Shown here: positions 18,840 to 28,578 of the stretch, piece after piece | How positions within the stretch are numbered: the stretch's first letter is position 1 | How the letters are laid out: each line of letters begins with the position of its first letter | Source of the DNA: Thermoplasmata archaeon | GTDB lineage: Archaea > Thermoplasmatota > Thermoplasmata > Lutacidiplasmatales > UBA184 | Assembly (NCBI GenBank): GCA_030041075.1 | Contig: JASHOP010000098.1 | Span: forward strand, 1-55,247 | Length of the DNA: 55,247 nt | Direction: 5' to 3' | The notes under the pieces: generated by a model | Database searches by the model: none | What the model was told of the DNA's origin: nothing | The model's input: the letters and a program-made list of their open reading frames with translations, nothing else | Translations under genes and position numbers: made by a program

Positions 18840-20026
18840 ATCGCGGACCGTCGCGTCTCGCTCCGCGGCGACCGGGGCCGGGTCGGTCCGGGGGCCCGAC
18901 GACGCCCGACGCTCGGCGCGACCTCCCGCCCGTCCTCCAGCCACGGCCCTCCGTCGAGCTCGACGGTCGCCCCGGCGAGCGTCGAGAGGTAGCCGAACGC
19001 GGTCCGGTTCCGTCCGCCCAGGGCCCGGTCGTTGCCGAGCAGCAGGCTCACCGACCCCCGGGCGATGTCGGCGAGCTCCGGGGCGTGCTCGATCCCCGGG
19101 TTGAGCCCGATCGTGACCGCACCGGCCCGGTCCCGCCCGACGCCCCCGGTAGCGTACGACGCGGCGAACGGCTCGCCGCCCCGGTCGAACGCGAACTGCC
19201 GGAGTCGCCCCTGCGAGAATTCGAACCGCGCGCCCAGGGCCACCGGCGGGTCCGACCATCGGTCGTAGATCGGTCGGTTCGCCTCCCAGCTCCCCTCCGT
19301 GCCGCCCGACCGCAGCGGGATCGCGACGAGCCCCGTCGGGATCTGGGTCCAGAAGCGCCCCGCGGCGAGGTCGCCCCGGTCGACCCTACCGTCCTCGAGG
19401 ATCGCGGGGCGCGGCGAGATCCGGGCCGTGAGGTCCGTCCCGTTCGGGTGGCGGATGCGGAGCGTGCGGGCCCGCGCGAGACGGCGGAGCCACCGTCGCC
19501 CCCTCGGACCGAGCCGGTCGGGCGTCGCCCGGCTCGCGGACAGGATCTCCCGCTGCCACGCCTCCCGGTCGACGCCGTAACGGCGGGCCGCGGTCGCCGT
19601 CGCGGAGGCGATCGCCATCCGGGCGGCGCGAAGGCGCGACCGGCGGGCGGCGCGCCACCAGCCGCCGCCGTGCCGGAGCACGATCGCCTCGAGATCGTCG
19701 GCCGGCAGGCCGAACAGGCGGGGGAAGTCGTCCGGCCCCCCGAAGTAGACGTAGACGTCGGCGGACGGCACGGGACCGACCGGCGCCCGTCCCCGCGGCC
19801 GTTCGCCGCGCGTCGCCAGCGAGCGGAAGAACGTCACCTCGTCCTCGACCAGCAGCGCCGGGTCCGATCCCCGGCGTCGGGCCTCCAGGACGAACGGGAG
19901 CGCCCACGGGAGCGCGTGCGTCCAGGTCTCGATCGCGACCGACTCGCCCGGGCGGACGGCGAGGTAGCGGCCGAGGGCCAGGCGGGCGAGCGCGTCGGCG
20001 GCGGGCAGTGGGCTCGGCTCCGGCAT
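18836..20026 (-). CDS. Peptidase M29 (aminopeptidase T/II-like) homologue, probably catalytically degenerate
   Basis: LAVRPGESV, HPNGTDL, DG.V, QIPTG, IGLNP and LLGND..GG scaffold. Start at the ATG at 20026. Confidence 0.7.
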   Translation of the reverse strand: MPEPSPLPAADALARLALGRYLAVRPGESVAIETWTHALPWALPFVLEARRRGSDPALLVEDEVTFFRSLATRGERPRGRAPVGPVPSADVYVYFGGPDDFPRLFGLPADDLEAIVLRHGGGWWRAARRSRLRAARMAIASATATAARRYGVDREAWQREILSASRATPDRLGPRGRRWLRRLARARTLRIRHPNGTDLTARISPRPAILEDGRVDRGDLAAGRFWTQIPTGLVAIPLRSGGTEGSWEANRPIYDRWSDPPVALGARFEFSQGRLRQFAFDRGGEPFAASYATGGVGRDRAGAVTIGLNPGIEHAPELADIARGSVSLLLGNDRALGGRNRTAFGYLSTLAGATVELDGGPWLEDGREVAPSVGRRRAPGPTRPRSPRSETRRSAI

Positions 20027-20079
20027 GGAGGCGCTCCCGAACCCGCCGGGGGTCGTGAGCGTGACGGTGCCCGGCCGCC

Positions 20080-20730
20080 TCAGGAGAGCGCCTTCGAGAG
20101 GACGGTGGTGGCGGCCGCCATGTCGTCGCGGTCGAGAAGGAAGATCGTGTCGGTGTAGCAGCTCAGCGCCTCGACGATGTTGATCTGCTGGCTCCACAGG
20201 ACGCCGGTGAGGAGGCGCAGGAGACCCGGGGTCTCTTCGATGCTCTCCGGACCGGTCACCGCGACCTCGATCAGGTTCCTCCGCACCCCCACGAGCTGGC
20301 CCTCCCGCAGGTGGCGTGTGACGCGGGGGACCGAGTCCTCGTCGACGAGGATCACCGTGCCGCGCGACACCTGGATCACGCGGCAGAGGAGGTTCTCGTC
20401 GAGGAGCTCCTCGACGACGTCGCCCAGCCGCTGGAGCACATCCGCGCCCTGGCTCACGGTGATCGCCGCGACCTTCGTCCGGGTCTCGATCCGGCTCTTG
20501 CGCAGGACGCGCCGGATGCTCGCCTCGCCGAGCGACTGGCCCCGACCCCGCGGGTAGCGACGGCACGCGGCGATCACCGCCTCCGTCTGCGGGGTCCCGA
20601 GATCCTCCGAGACCCGGCGCGCGACCGCCGAATGGTTCGCTACGCCCGAGCGGATGGCATCGGCGAGGACCGGGTGCCCGTCGAGGTACTCGCGGACGCG
20701 CTTCGCGATCGACGGCGCCGTCTCCGGCAT
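20080..20730 (-). CDS. ACT-domain protein with N-terminal HTH-like region, putative amino-acid-responsive regulator
   Basis: N-terminal GVANHSAVARR..EAVIAACRRY; C-terminal ETPGLL...INIVEALSCYTDTIF ACT repeat. An alternative TTG start lies at 20760. Confidence 0.8.
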   Translation of the reverse strand: MPETAPSIAKRVREYLDGHPVLADAIRSGVANHSAVARRVSEDLGTPQTEAVIAACRRYPRGRGQSLGEASIRRVLRKSRIETRTKVAAITVSQGADVLQRLGDVVEELLDENLLCRVIQVSRGTVILVDEDSVPRVTRHLREGQLVGVRRNLIEVAVTGPESIEETPGLLRLLTGVLWSQQINIVEALSCYTDTIFLLDRDDMAAATTVLSKALS

Positions 20731-20784
20731 TTTTGTCTCAAATCGGACAAGTATGCCCAACGGTGTCGCTAGACGGTCACATCC

Positions 20785-20790
20785 TATAAA
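20785..20790. promoter_or_regulatory. TATA box in the divergent ACT regulator/argG spacer
   Basis: TATAAA on + and TTTATA on -; it is the only canonical TATA in the 95-bp spacer. Confidence 0.65.
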
Positions 20791-20825
20791 TCGGTGGGGG
20801 GGCTTGCACCGGGTGAACCGGTTCG

Positions 20826-22064
20826 TTGACGCCTCGCGAAAAGGTCGTGCTTGCCTATTCGGGCGGGCTGGACACGTCAGTCGCCATCCCGTGGCTTCGG
20901 GAGGCCAAGGGGCTCGACGTGGTGGCCGTGACGGTCGACGTGGGGCAGCCCGTCGACCTCGAGCAGGTGCGCCGCAAGGCGCTCGCCTCCGGGGCGGTGG
21001 CGGCGTACGTCGCCGACGCGAGGCGGGAGTTCGCCGAGGAGTTCATCCTCCCCGCGCTCCGGGCCAACGCGCAGTACGAAGGCGTCTACCCGCTCAGCAC
21101 CGCCCTCGCCCGTCCGCTCATCGCGAAGCACCTCGTCTCCGTCGCCCGCCAGGAAGGGGCGACCCGCATCGCCCACGGGTGCACGGGGAAGGGGAACGAC
21201 CAGGTCCGGTTCGATCTCGCCACGGCGAGCCTCGCGCCCGAGCTCGCGGTCATCGCCCCGGCCCGGGAGTGGGGGATGACCCGGGAGGAGGAGGTCGCCT
21301 ACGCCCAGCGGTGCGGCGTGAGCGTGAACGCGACCCGGTCCTCGCCCTACAGCACCGACGAGAACCTCTGGGGCCGGTCGGCCGAGTGCGGGGTCCTCGA
21401 AGACCCGGCGGTCGAGCCGCCGGAGGAGGTCTACGGCTGGACCCGCGCGCCGGCGGAGGCCCCCGAGACGCCGACGTACGTCACGATCGAGTTCGACCAG
21501 GGCAAGCCGACCGCCCTCAACGGCGAGCGCGCTCCACTTCACGGACTCATCGCCCGGCTCAACGAGATCGCCGGAGCGAACGGGATCGGTCGCATCGACC
21601 ACCTCGAGTCCCGGGTCGTCGGGATCAAGTCCCGCGAGGTGTACGAGTGCCCGGCCGCGACGGTCCTGATCGCGGCGCATCAGGCGCTCGAGGCGCTCGT
21701 CCTCCCCCGGGACGTGCTCGACTTCAAGCGGACGGTCGAGCTGCGCTACGCCCAGCTCGTCTACGACGGCCTCTGGTTCACCCCGCTCCGGTCCGCGCTC
21801 GACGCCTTCGTGCGCTCGACGCAGGAGCGGATCAGCGGCGAGATCACGATGAAGCTGTTCAAGGGCTCGTCGCGCGTCGCCGGCCGTCGCTCGCCCTACT
21901 CCCTGTACGCGGCCGCGCTCGCCACCTACTCGGCCGGGGACCGGTTCCGCCAGGAGATGGCGGAGGGGTTCATCTACGTCTGGGGACTCCCGGCCCGGAC
22001 CTGGGCCGGGCTGTCTCCCCCGACCCCCGCGAAGGCCGCGGCGCCCCGGGAGCTGCTTTCGTAG
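20826..22064 (+). CDS. argG: Argininosuccinate synthase
   Basis: LAYSGGLDTS, HGCTGKGNDQVRF, DENLWG and GIKSREVYE motifs; TTG start. Confidence 0.97.
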   Translation: MTPREKVVLAYSGGLDTSVAIPWLREAKGLDVVAVTVDVGQPVDLEQVRRKALASGAVAAYVADARREFAEEFILPALRANAQYEGVYPLSTALARPLIAKHLVSVARQEGATRIAHGCTGKGNDQVRFDLATASLAPELAVIAPAREWGMTREEEVAYAQRCGVSVNATRSSPYSTDENLWGRSAECGVLEDPAVEPPEEVYGWTRAPAEAPETPTYVTIEFDQGKPTALNGERAPLHGLIARLNEIAGANGIGRIDHLESRVVGIKSREVYECPAATVLIAAHQALEALVLPRDVLDFKRTVELRYAQLVYDGLWFTPLRSALDAFVRSTQERISGEITMKLFKGSSRVAGRRSPYSLYAAALATYSAGDRFRQEMAEGFIYVWGLPARTWAGLSPPTPAKAAAPRELLS

Positions 22065-22069
22065 CGCCC

Positions 22070-23512
22070 ATGGCCCGCGAGACCCCGACCGGCGAGACCC
22101 GCGATCCGCCGTCGTACGTGCGAACGCCCGTCGCCGGGTTCCTGGCGTCGCTGCCGGTCGACCGCGCTCTGGCGCGGCACGACCTGGCCGGCAGCATCGT
22201 GCACGCCGAGATGCTCGGGCGGACGGGGATCCTGACGCCGGCGGAGGTCACGACGCTCGTCGGGGGCCTTCGCGCGATCGGGCGCGAGATCGCCGGCGGC
22301 TCGTTCCCGTGGCGACCCGAGCTCGAGGACGTCCACACCAACCTCGAGTCCCGCCTGACCGAGATGGTCGGTCCGGTCGGCGGGAAGCTCCACACCGCGC
22401 GGAGCCGGAACGATCAGGTCGCGCTCGACGAGCGACTGTACCTCCGAGCGGCGATCGCGGAGGTCGCCTCGCTGCTGATCCGCCTCGAGCGGGTCCTCAT
22501 CGAGAGGGCCGCGGCCGAGGCCGCGACCCCGATGCCCGGCTACACGCACCTCCAGCGCGCCCAGGTCGTGACGCTCGGGCACTACCTCCTCGCCCATTTC
22601 TGGCGGTTCGACCGGGACATCGACCGGCTGCTCGCGACCGCGGAGCGGGCCAGCGTCTCGCCCCTCGGGGCCGGGGCACTCGCCGGTTCGACCCTCCCGA
22701 TCGATCCCCTCTACGTCGCGACGCGCCTCGGCTTCGCCCGACCGTTCGAGAACTCCCTGGACGCGGTCAGCGACCGGGACCCGCTCGCCGAGGTCCTGTT
22801 CGACCTGGCGCTCGCGCTCGTCCATGCGAGCGGCCTGGGCGAGGAGATCGTCCTGTTCGCGTCGAAGGAGTTCGCCTTCGTCCGGCGCACCGCCGCGCTC
22901 GGTTCGGGCAGCAGCCTGATGCCGCAGAAGCGGAACCCCGACGCCGCGGAGCTCGTCCGGGCGAAGTGCGGGCGGGCGATCGGGGACCTCGTCGCCCTCG
23001 CGACCGTCCTGAAGGGGGTTCCGCTCTCCTACGACCGGGACCTCCAGGAGGACAAGCCCCCGCTGTTCGACTCGGTCGCCACCGCGAAGGAGGTGGTCGG
23101 CGCGCTGATCGCGCTCGTCGGATCGCTCGAGTTCGACCGCGAGCGGCTCCGGGCGGCGGCGGAGGATCCCGAGATGCTGGCGACCGACCTCGTCGAGCAC
23201 CTCGTCGGACGGGGGGTGCCGTTCCGCGAGGCCCACGAGGCGGTCGGCGCGATCGCGCGCCGCGCGGCGGGACCGATCGCGGAGGCGGAGCTCCGCTCCG
23301 CCCTGCCGGCCGCGGGACCCGACCTTGCGAAGATCCTCGACCCGGGCGCCGCGGCCGACCGCCGCGCGACGCCGGGCGGCCCGTCCGCGAAGGCGCTCGC
23401 CGCGCAGCTCGCCCTCGCCCGCGCCCGGTGCGAGCACCGGACCGAATCCCTCTCCTCCCTCGCCCGAAGCGTCGAGCGCGTCGAGGAGCTCGTGAACGAG
23501 GAACGAAAATGA
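22070..23512 (+). CDS. argH: Argininosuccinate lyase
   Basis: HTARSRNDQV, MPGYTHLQRAQ and GSSLMPQKRNPD motifs. Confidence 0.96.
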   Translation: MARETPTGETRDPPSYVRTPVAGFLASLPVDRALARHDLAGSIVHAEMLGRTGILTPAEVTTLVGGLRAIGREIAGGSFPWRPELEDVHTNLESRLTEMVGPVGGKLHTARSRNDQVALDERLYLRAAIAEVASLLIRLERVLIERAAAEAATPMPGYTHLQRAQVVTLGHYLLAHFWRFDRDIDRLLATAERASVSPLGAGALAGSTLPIDPLYVATRLGFARPFENSLDAVSDRDPLAEVLFDLALALVHASGLGEEIVLFASKEFAFVRRTAALGSGSSLMPQKRNPDAAELVRAKCGRAIGDLVALATVLKGVPLSYDRDLQEDKPPLFDSVATAKEVVGALIALVGSLEFDRERLRAAAEDPEMLATDLVEHLVGRGVPFREAHEAVGAIARRAAGPIAEAELRSALPAAGPDLAKILDPGAAADRRATPGGPSAKALAAQLALARARCEHRTESLSSLARSVERVEELVNEERK

Positions 23513-23670
23513 CGGAGTGTCCGGAGTGCGCAGCCCGCGTCGACCACCACGACAAGATCCTGGGCGAGGTGTTTCCGTGCCGAGACTGCGGAACCGAGCT
23601 CGAGGTAGCGGCGACCGAGCCGTTCTCGGTCCAGCCCGCGCCAAGGGAAGCCGAGGACTGGGGTGAGTGA
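23509..23670 (+). CDS. lysW: Amino-group carrier protein LysW/ArgW
   Basis: 53 aa with CPEC and CRDC zinc ligands and a C-terminal EDWGE. Confidence 0.96.
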   Translation: MTECPECAARVDHHDKILGEVFPCRDCGTELEVAATEPFSVQPAPREAEDWGE

Positions 23671-24514
23671 GGGGTTCCGGCTCGGGATCTTCTTCACGAT
23701 CGTCCGCCCCGAGGAGAAGGCGATCCTCGCGGCGGCGGAGGAGCGCGGTGTTCCGGTCGAGCGCTACGACGACGGCGAGGCGACGTTCGGGCTGGAACCG
23801 CCCCCGAACCTTCCGGGCGTCGTGATCAACCGGTCGGTCAGCCACACGCGCTCGGTCTACGCGACCCGGTGCTTCGCCCACTACGGGGTCCCGACGGTCA
23901 ACGCGCCGGACGTCGTCGAGCTCGCGGGCGACAAGGTCCGGACCTCCCTCCGCCTCGCCGAGCGGGGGATCCCCACCCCCCGGACGGTGGTGGCGCTGTC
24001 GCCCGAGGCCGCGCGCAAGGCGATCGACCAGATCGGCTTCCCCGCGGTCCTGAAGCCGGCGATCGGGTCGTGGGGGCGCCTGATGGCCAAGGTCGACGAC
24101 GGCCCGTCGGCCGACCAGATCATCGAGCACAAGAGCGCGCTGGGGTCGCCGATCCACTCCGTCTTCTACGTCCAGGAGTTCGTCGACAAGCCCGGCCGCG
24201 ACCTGCGGGTGTTCGTCATCGGCGATCGGGCCGTCGCCGCGATGTACCGCCGGTCGGAGGACTGGCGCACGAACGCCGCGCGCGGGGCCTCCGGCGAGAC
24301 CGCGCCCCTCACCCCGGAACTCTCCGAGCTCGCCGTCCGGGCCGCCGAGGCGGTCGGTGGGGGCGCGCTGGCCGTCGACCTGATGGAGTCGAAGCGGGGG
24401 CTCCTCGTGCACGAGGTCAACCCCACGCCCGAGTTCCGGGTGCTCGCGGCGACGACCGGGGTCGACATCGCCGCCGGGATCGTGGCGTACGCCGTCGGGA
24501 TCGGCCGGCGATGA
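23663..24514 (+). CDS. lysX: LysW ligase (ArgX/LysX, RimK-like ATP-grasp)
   Basis: GSWGRL, YVQEF, RDLR, WRTNAA and EVN motifs; adjacent to lysW. Context favours glutamate (ArgX) specificity. Confidence 0.92.
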   Translation: MSEGFRLGIFFTIVRPEEKAILAAAEERGVPVERYDDGEATFGLEPPPNLPGVVINRSVSHTRSVYATRCFAHYGVPTVNAPDVVELAGDKVRTSLRLAERGIPTPRTVVALSPEAARKAIDQIGFPAVLKPAIGSWGRLMAKVDDGPSADQIIEHKSALGSPIHSVFYVQEFVDKPGRDLRVFVIGDRAVAAMYRRSEDWRTNAARGASGETAPLTPELSELAVRAAEAVGGGALAVDLMESKRGLLVHEVNPTPEFRVLAATTGVDIAAGIVAYAVGIGRR

Positions 24515-25536
24515 ACGTCGCGATCGTCGGAGGCTCGGGCTACACCGGCGGGGAGCTCCTCCGGATCCTCCTAGGCCACCCGCAGGTCGAGGTGCGCCAG
24601 GTCACCTCCGAGGCGATGGCCGGTAAGCCGGTCTGGCGCGCCCACCCGAACCTACGCAAGGCGACCTCGCTCGCCTTCGTCGCCCGTTCCGCCCTCCAGC
24701 CCGCGGACGTGACGTTCCTCGCGACGCCGCACGGCGGGTCGGTCCCGCTCGTGCCCTCGCTCCTCCGCGACGGAGGCACGGTGATCGACCTGTCGGCCGA
24801 CTACCGGCTCAAGGATCCGACGCGGTATCGCGAGTACTACGGCTTCGACCATCCCCACCCCGAGCTCCTCCAGGAGAGCGTCCTCGGCCTGCCCGAGCTC
24901 CACCGGGAGGCGATCCGGGGCGCCCGGCTGGTCGCGGTGCCCGGATGCATCGCGACGGCGGCGATCCTCGCCCTCGCGCCGCTCGCCCGGGCCGGTGTGA
25001 TCGACGCCCGCCGGGTCGTCGTCGACGCGAAGAGCGGCTCCTCGGCGAGCGGGCAGGACCCGGGCCGCGCGGGGCTCCATGCCGAGCGGTCGGGGGTGAT
25101 GCGCGCGTACGCTCCCGCGGGGCACCGGCACACCGCCGAGATCGAGCAGGAGACCGGCGCCCGCGTCGCGCTCTCGTGCCACGCGGTCGAGGCCGTCCGG
25201 GGGGTCCTGGCGACCGTCCACGCGTTCGCCACGCGGCCGATCGACGAGAAGGAGCTCTGGCGCACGTACCGGGCCGCGTACGGCAGCGAGCCGTTCGTCC
25301 GCCTCGTCCACGAGACCGACGGGATCCACCGGGAACCCGAGCCGAAGATCCTGGCCGGGACCAACTACTGCGATCTCGGGTTCGCGGCCGACGCGCACGC
25401 CGAGCGTATCGTGAGCCTCGCCGCGATCGACAACCTGGGGAAGGGCGCCGCCGGCAACGCGGTCCAGTGCCTGAACGTGAGGGCGGGGTTCCCCGAGTCC
25501 GCCGGGCTCGGCTTCCTCGGCCTCCACCCGGCGTAG
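24511..25536 (+). CDS. lysY: [LysW]-glutamyl/aminoadipyl-phosphate reductase (LysY/ArgC)
   Basis: GGSGYTGGELLR, DLSADYR, PGC and DNLGKGAAGNAVQ motifs. Confidence 0.93.
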   Translation: MNVAIVGGSGYTGGELLRILLGHPQVEVRQVTSEAMAGKPVWRAHPNLRKATSLAFVARSALQPADVTFLATPHGGSVPLVPSLLRDGGTVIDLSADYRLKDPTRYREYYGFDHPHPELLQESVLGLPELHREAIRGARLVAVPGCIATAAILALAPLARAGVIDARRVVVDAKSGSSASGQDPGRAGLHAERSGVMRAYAPAGHRHTAEIEQETGARVALSCHAVEAVRGVLATVHAFATRPIDEKELWRTYRAAYGSEPFVRLVHETDGIHREPEPKILAGTNYCDLGFAADAHAERIVSLAAIDNLGKGAAGNAVQCLNVRAGFPESAGLGFLGLHPA

Positions 25537-25545
25537 GGACCGACC

Positions 25546-26340
25546 GTGACGATCGTCGTGAAGGTCGGCGGCGCGAGCGGCAACGGGGTCGACCCGGTGC
25601 TCGCGGACCTCGCCGCGCGGCGGGACTACATCCTCGTGCACGGGGGCTCGGACGCCGTCGACCGGCTCGGGAACGCGCTCGGCCGGCCGCCGGAGTACTA
25701 CACGAGCCCGAGCGGCGTCGTCTCCCGGAGGAGCGACGCGGCCCACCTCGAGGTCGTCGTCCTGGCGCTCGCGGGCCAGGTGCAGACCGAGCTCGTGGCC
25801 GGCCTCGCCCGCCGGGGGGTCCGGGCGATCGGCCTCTCCGGCGTCGACGCGGGCCTCGTGCTCGCGCGGCGGAAGACCGGGGCGCGCGCCGTGATCGACG
25901 GCCGGGTCGTCCACCTCGCCGACGACCTCTCCGGGACCGTCGAGCGGGTCGACGGGGCGCTCCTGCGATCTATGCTCGGCGGGGGCCTCGTACCGGTCGT
26001 CGGGCCCCCGGCGCTCGCGGCCTCCGGGGAGGTCGTGAACGTCGACGCGGACGCGGTCGCCGCCGCGGTCGCGGGATCGGTCGGTGCCTCCGAGCTCCTC
26101 CTGCTCACGAACGTCCGCGGCCTCCTCCGGGACCCGGACGATCCGTCGACCCTGATCGAGCGCGCCCGGCCCGACGAGATCGATGGGCTCCTCGCGGTCG
26201 CGGCCGGCCGGATGAGGAAGAAGCTGCTCGCGGCCCGGGACGCCCTCCGCGCGGGGGTCCCGCGCGTCGTCATCGCCCCCTCGAAGGTCGACGCCCCCGT
26301 CGAGCGGGCGCTCGCGGGCGGCGGGACGGTGTTCGCATGA
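25546..26340 (+). CDS. lysZ: [LysW]-glutamate/aminoadipate kinase (LysZ/ArgB)
   Basis: VVKVGG, VHGG, SPSG.VSR, NVDAD and GRMRKK motifs. Confidence 0.92.
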   Translation: MTIVVKVGGASGNGVDPVLADLAARRDYILVHGGSDAVDRLGNALGRPPEYYTSPSGVVSRRSDAAHLEVVVLALAGQVQTELVAGLARRGVRAIGLSGVDAGLVLARRKTGARAVIDGRVVHLADDLSGTVERVDGALLRSMLGGGLVPVVGPPALAASGEVVNVDADAVAAAVAGSVGASELLLLTNVRGLLRDPDDPSTLIERARPDEIDGLLAVAAGRMRKKLLAARDALRAGVPRVVIAPSKVDAPVERALAGGGTVFA

Positions 26341-27497
26341 TCCCCCGTCCGGAGCCGTCGCGCCGCGAGTTCGGCGAGGGAGGCCACCCCCGGCCGACGA
26401 TCGTCCGAGGCGACGGCGCGAGCCTCTGGGACGACCGCGGGCGCCGGTTCGTCGACCTCGGTGCGACGCACGGCGTCGGGAACCTCGGCGCGTCGCCGCC
26501 CGCGGTCGTCCGGGCGATCCAGGAGCAGGCCGCCCGCCTGATCCACCTCGGATCCGGCTACGCGAGCCCCGTGCGCACCGAGTTCCTGGAGAAGCTCCTC
26601 GGCCTCCTTCCGCCGTCGTTCGGCCGGGTCTTCCTCGCGAACTCGGGGACCGAGGCGGTCGAGGCCGCGATCAAGATCGCGCGGTCGTCGACCGGGCGGC
26701 CGAAGGTCGTCGCGGCGATGCGCGGGTTCCACGGCCGGACGCTCGGCGCGCTCAGCGCCACCTGGAGGCGGGAGCTCCGCGAGCCGTTCCTGCCCCTCGT
26801 GCCCGAGTTCGTCCACGTCCCGTTCAACGACCCCGCCGCGCTGGACGCGGCGGTCGACGAGCGCACGGCGCTCGTCCTGCTCGAGCCGGTCCAGGGGGAA
26901 GGCGGGGTCCACGTCGCGACCGCGGAGTACCTCCGTGCCGCCCGGGCGGCGGCGGACCGCTCCGGCGCGGTCCTGACGTTCGACGAGGTCCAGACCGGAC
27001 TGGGCCGGACGGGGCGTCTGTTCGCGTTCGAGCACGCGCGCGTCGTGCCGGACGTCCTCGTGCTGTCGAAGTCGCTCGCGGGCGGCGTCCCGATCGGCGC
27101 GACCGTCACCACGCCCGAGATCGAGTCCCGGTTCCGGGGGAGCCACCACTCGACGTTCGGCGGGAACCCCCTCGCCTGCGCGGCGGGGCTGGCCGCGCTC
27201 GACCTCGTCGTGCGCGAGCGGCTCGCCGAGCGGGCGGAGAAGCTCGGGCGCGTCGCGTTCGACCGGTTCCGCTCCCTTCCGCCGGAGCGCGTACGCGAGG
27301 TCCGGGGCCTCGGCCTGATGATCGGGATCGAGCTCCGCGAGAAGGTCGCCCCCGTCCTCGCGGCCCTCGAGGCGAACGGGTTCCTCGCGATCCCTGCCGG
27401 AGCGACCGTCCTCCGGCTCCTGCCGCCGCTCGTGATCGACGCGGCGGACTGGGACCGGGGGCTGGCCGCGATCTCGGAGGCGATCGGTGGTGGATGA
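26337..27497 (+). CDS. lysJ: [LysW]-semialdehyde transaminase (LysJ/ArgD, class III PLP)
   Basis: NSGTEAVEAA, FHGRT, EPVQGEGG, DEVQTG and STFGGNPLA motifs. Confidence 0.93.
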   Translation: MIPRPEPSRREFGEGGHPRPTIVRGDGASLWDDRGRRFVDLGATHGVGNLGASPPAVVRAIQEQAARLIHLGSGYASPVRTEFLEKLLGLLPPSFGRVFLANSGTEAVEAAIKIARSSTGRPKVVAAMRGFHGRTLGALSATWRRELREPFLPLVPEFVHVPFNDPAALDAAVDERTALVLLEPVQGEGGVHVATAEYLRAARAAADRSGAVLTFDEVQTGLGRTGRLFAFEHARVVPDVLVLSKSLAGGVPIGATVTTPEIESRFRGSHHSTFGGNPLACAAGLAALDLVVRERLAERAEKLGRVAFDRFRSLPPERVREVRGLGLMIGIELREKVAPVLAALEANGFLAIPAGATVLRLLPPLVIDAADWDRGLAAISEAIGGG

Positions 27498-28578
27498 GTC
27501 GTCCGTCCTGGAACGCCTCGTCGCGTGCTACAGCCCTTCCGGCGCGGAGGCGTCCGCGGTCTCGGCGTTCGTCGCGCTCGCGCGCGAGCTCGGGTTCCGG
27601 TCCCGCGTCGACCGGGCCGGCAACGGGATCGCCGTGCGGGGCCGGGGCCGCCCCGAGGTCCTGTTCCTCGGCCACATCGACACCGTCGAGGGCGACCGAC
27701 CGGTCCGCCGCGCGCGGGGGCGCCTCCACGGCCGCGGGGCGGTCGACGCGAAGGGGGCGCTCGCCGCCGCGCTGCTCGCCGGCCGCGGCTTCGACGGGCC
27801 CGGAACGTTCCGGATCGTCGCCGCCGTCGGCGAGGAGACCGACAGCCGGGGCGCCCGCCATCTCGTGCGCGGCCGTCGGCCGGACGCGGTGATCGCCGGC
27901 GAGCCGAGCGGCTGGCAGGGCGTCACGATCGGCTACAAGGGCGAGCTGAGGCTGGAGGCGTTCTTCGACGGGCACCGGACCCACTACGCCTCCCCGTTCC
28001 CGACGGCGACCGATCGCGCCGTCGACTGGGTCGAGCGCGTCCGGTCGGCCGCGGGCCTCCGAGCGGGCGACACCCCGTTCCGGTCGCTCTCGGTGAAGGC
28101 GATCGGGTTCGAGAGCCCGCCGGGGATCGACCCGGAGCGCGCCCGGGTCACGCTCGACGTGCGGATCCCGCCGGGCATGTCGAGCCGGGACGTGGAGGCG
28201 CTCCTCCCGCCCGGTCCCGAGAGCGCGTCGATCCGGGTGCTGGCGCGGTTCGAGCCGGTCGAGGTTCCCCGCTCCGACCCGGTCGTCCGGGCGCTCGCGG
28301 CGGCGGTCCGCGCCGGTGGCGGCGTCCCCACGCTCTGGCGCAAGTCCGGGACGTCGGACCTGAACCTCGCGATCCCGACATGGAAGGTCCCCGGCGCGGC
28401 GTACGGTCCCGGCGACGCCCGGCTCGACCACACCGACCGCGAGCAGCTCTCGCTCGCCGAGCTGCGCCGCTCGGCGGACGTGCTGCGCGCGGCGCTGGAC
28501 GCGCTCGTCGGCCCGGCCGGCGGGCTGCTCACTCCTCGACGATCGGCCGCCGCTCCCGGACGAACGAGCCGGCGTTGA
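27487..28578 (+). CDS. lysK: [LysW]-ornithine/lysine hydrolase (LysK, M20 family)
   Basis: GHIDTV, GRGAVDAKG, GEE, GEPSG, GTSD and YGPGD..LDHT motifs. Confidence 0.92.
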   Translation: MVDESSVLERLVACYSPSGAEASAVSAFVALARELGFRSRVDRAGNGIAVRGRGRPEVLFLGHIDTVEGDRPVRRARGRLHGRGAVDAKGALAAALLAGRGFDGPGTFRIVAAVGEETDSRGARHLVRGRRPDAVIAGEPSGWQGVTIGYKGELRLEAFFDGHRTHYASPFPTATDRAVDWVERVRSAAGLRAGDTPFRSLSVKAIGFESPPGIDPERARVTLDVRIPPGMSSRDVEALLPPGPESASIRVLARFEPVEVPRSDPVVRALAAAVRAGGGVPTLWRKSGTSDLNLAIPTWKVPGAAYGPGDARLDHTDREQLSLAELRRSADVLRAALDALVGPAGGLLTPRRSAAAPGRTSRR

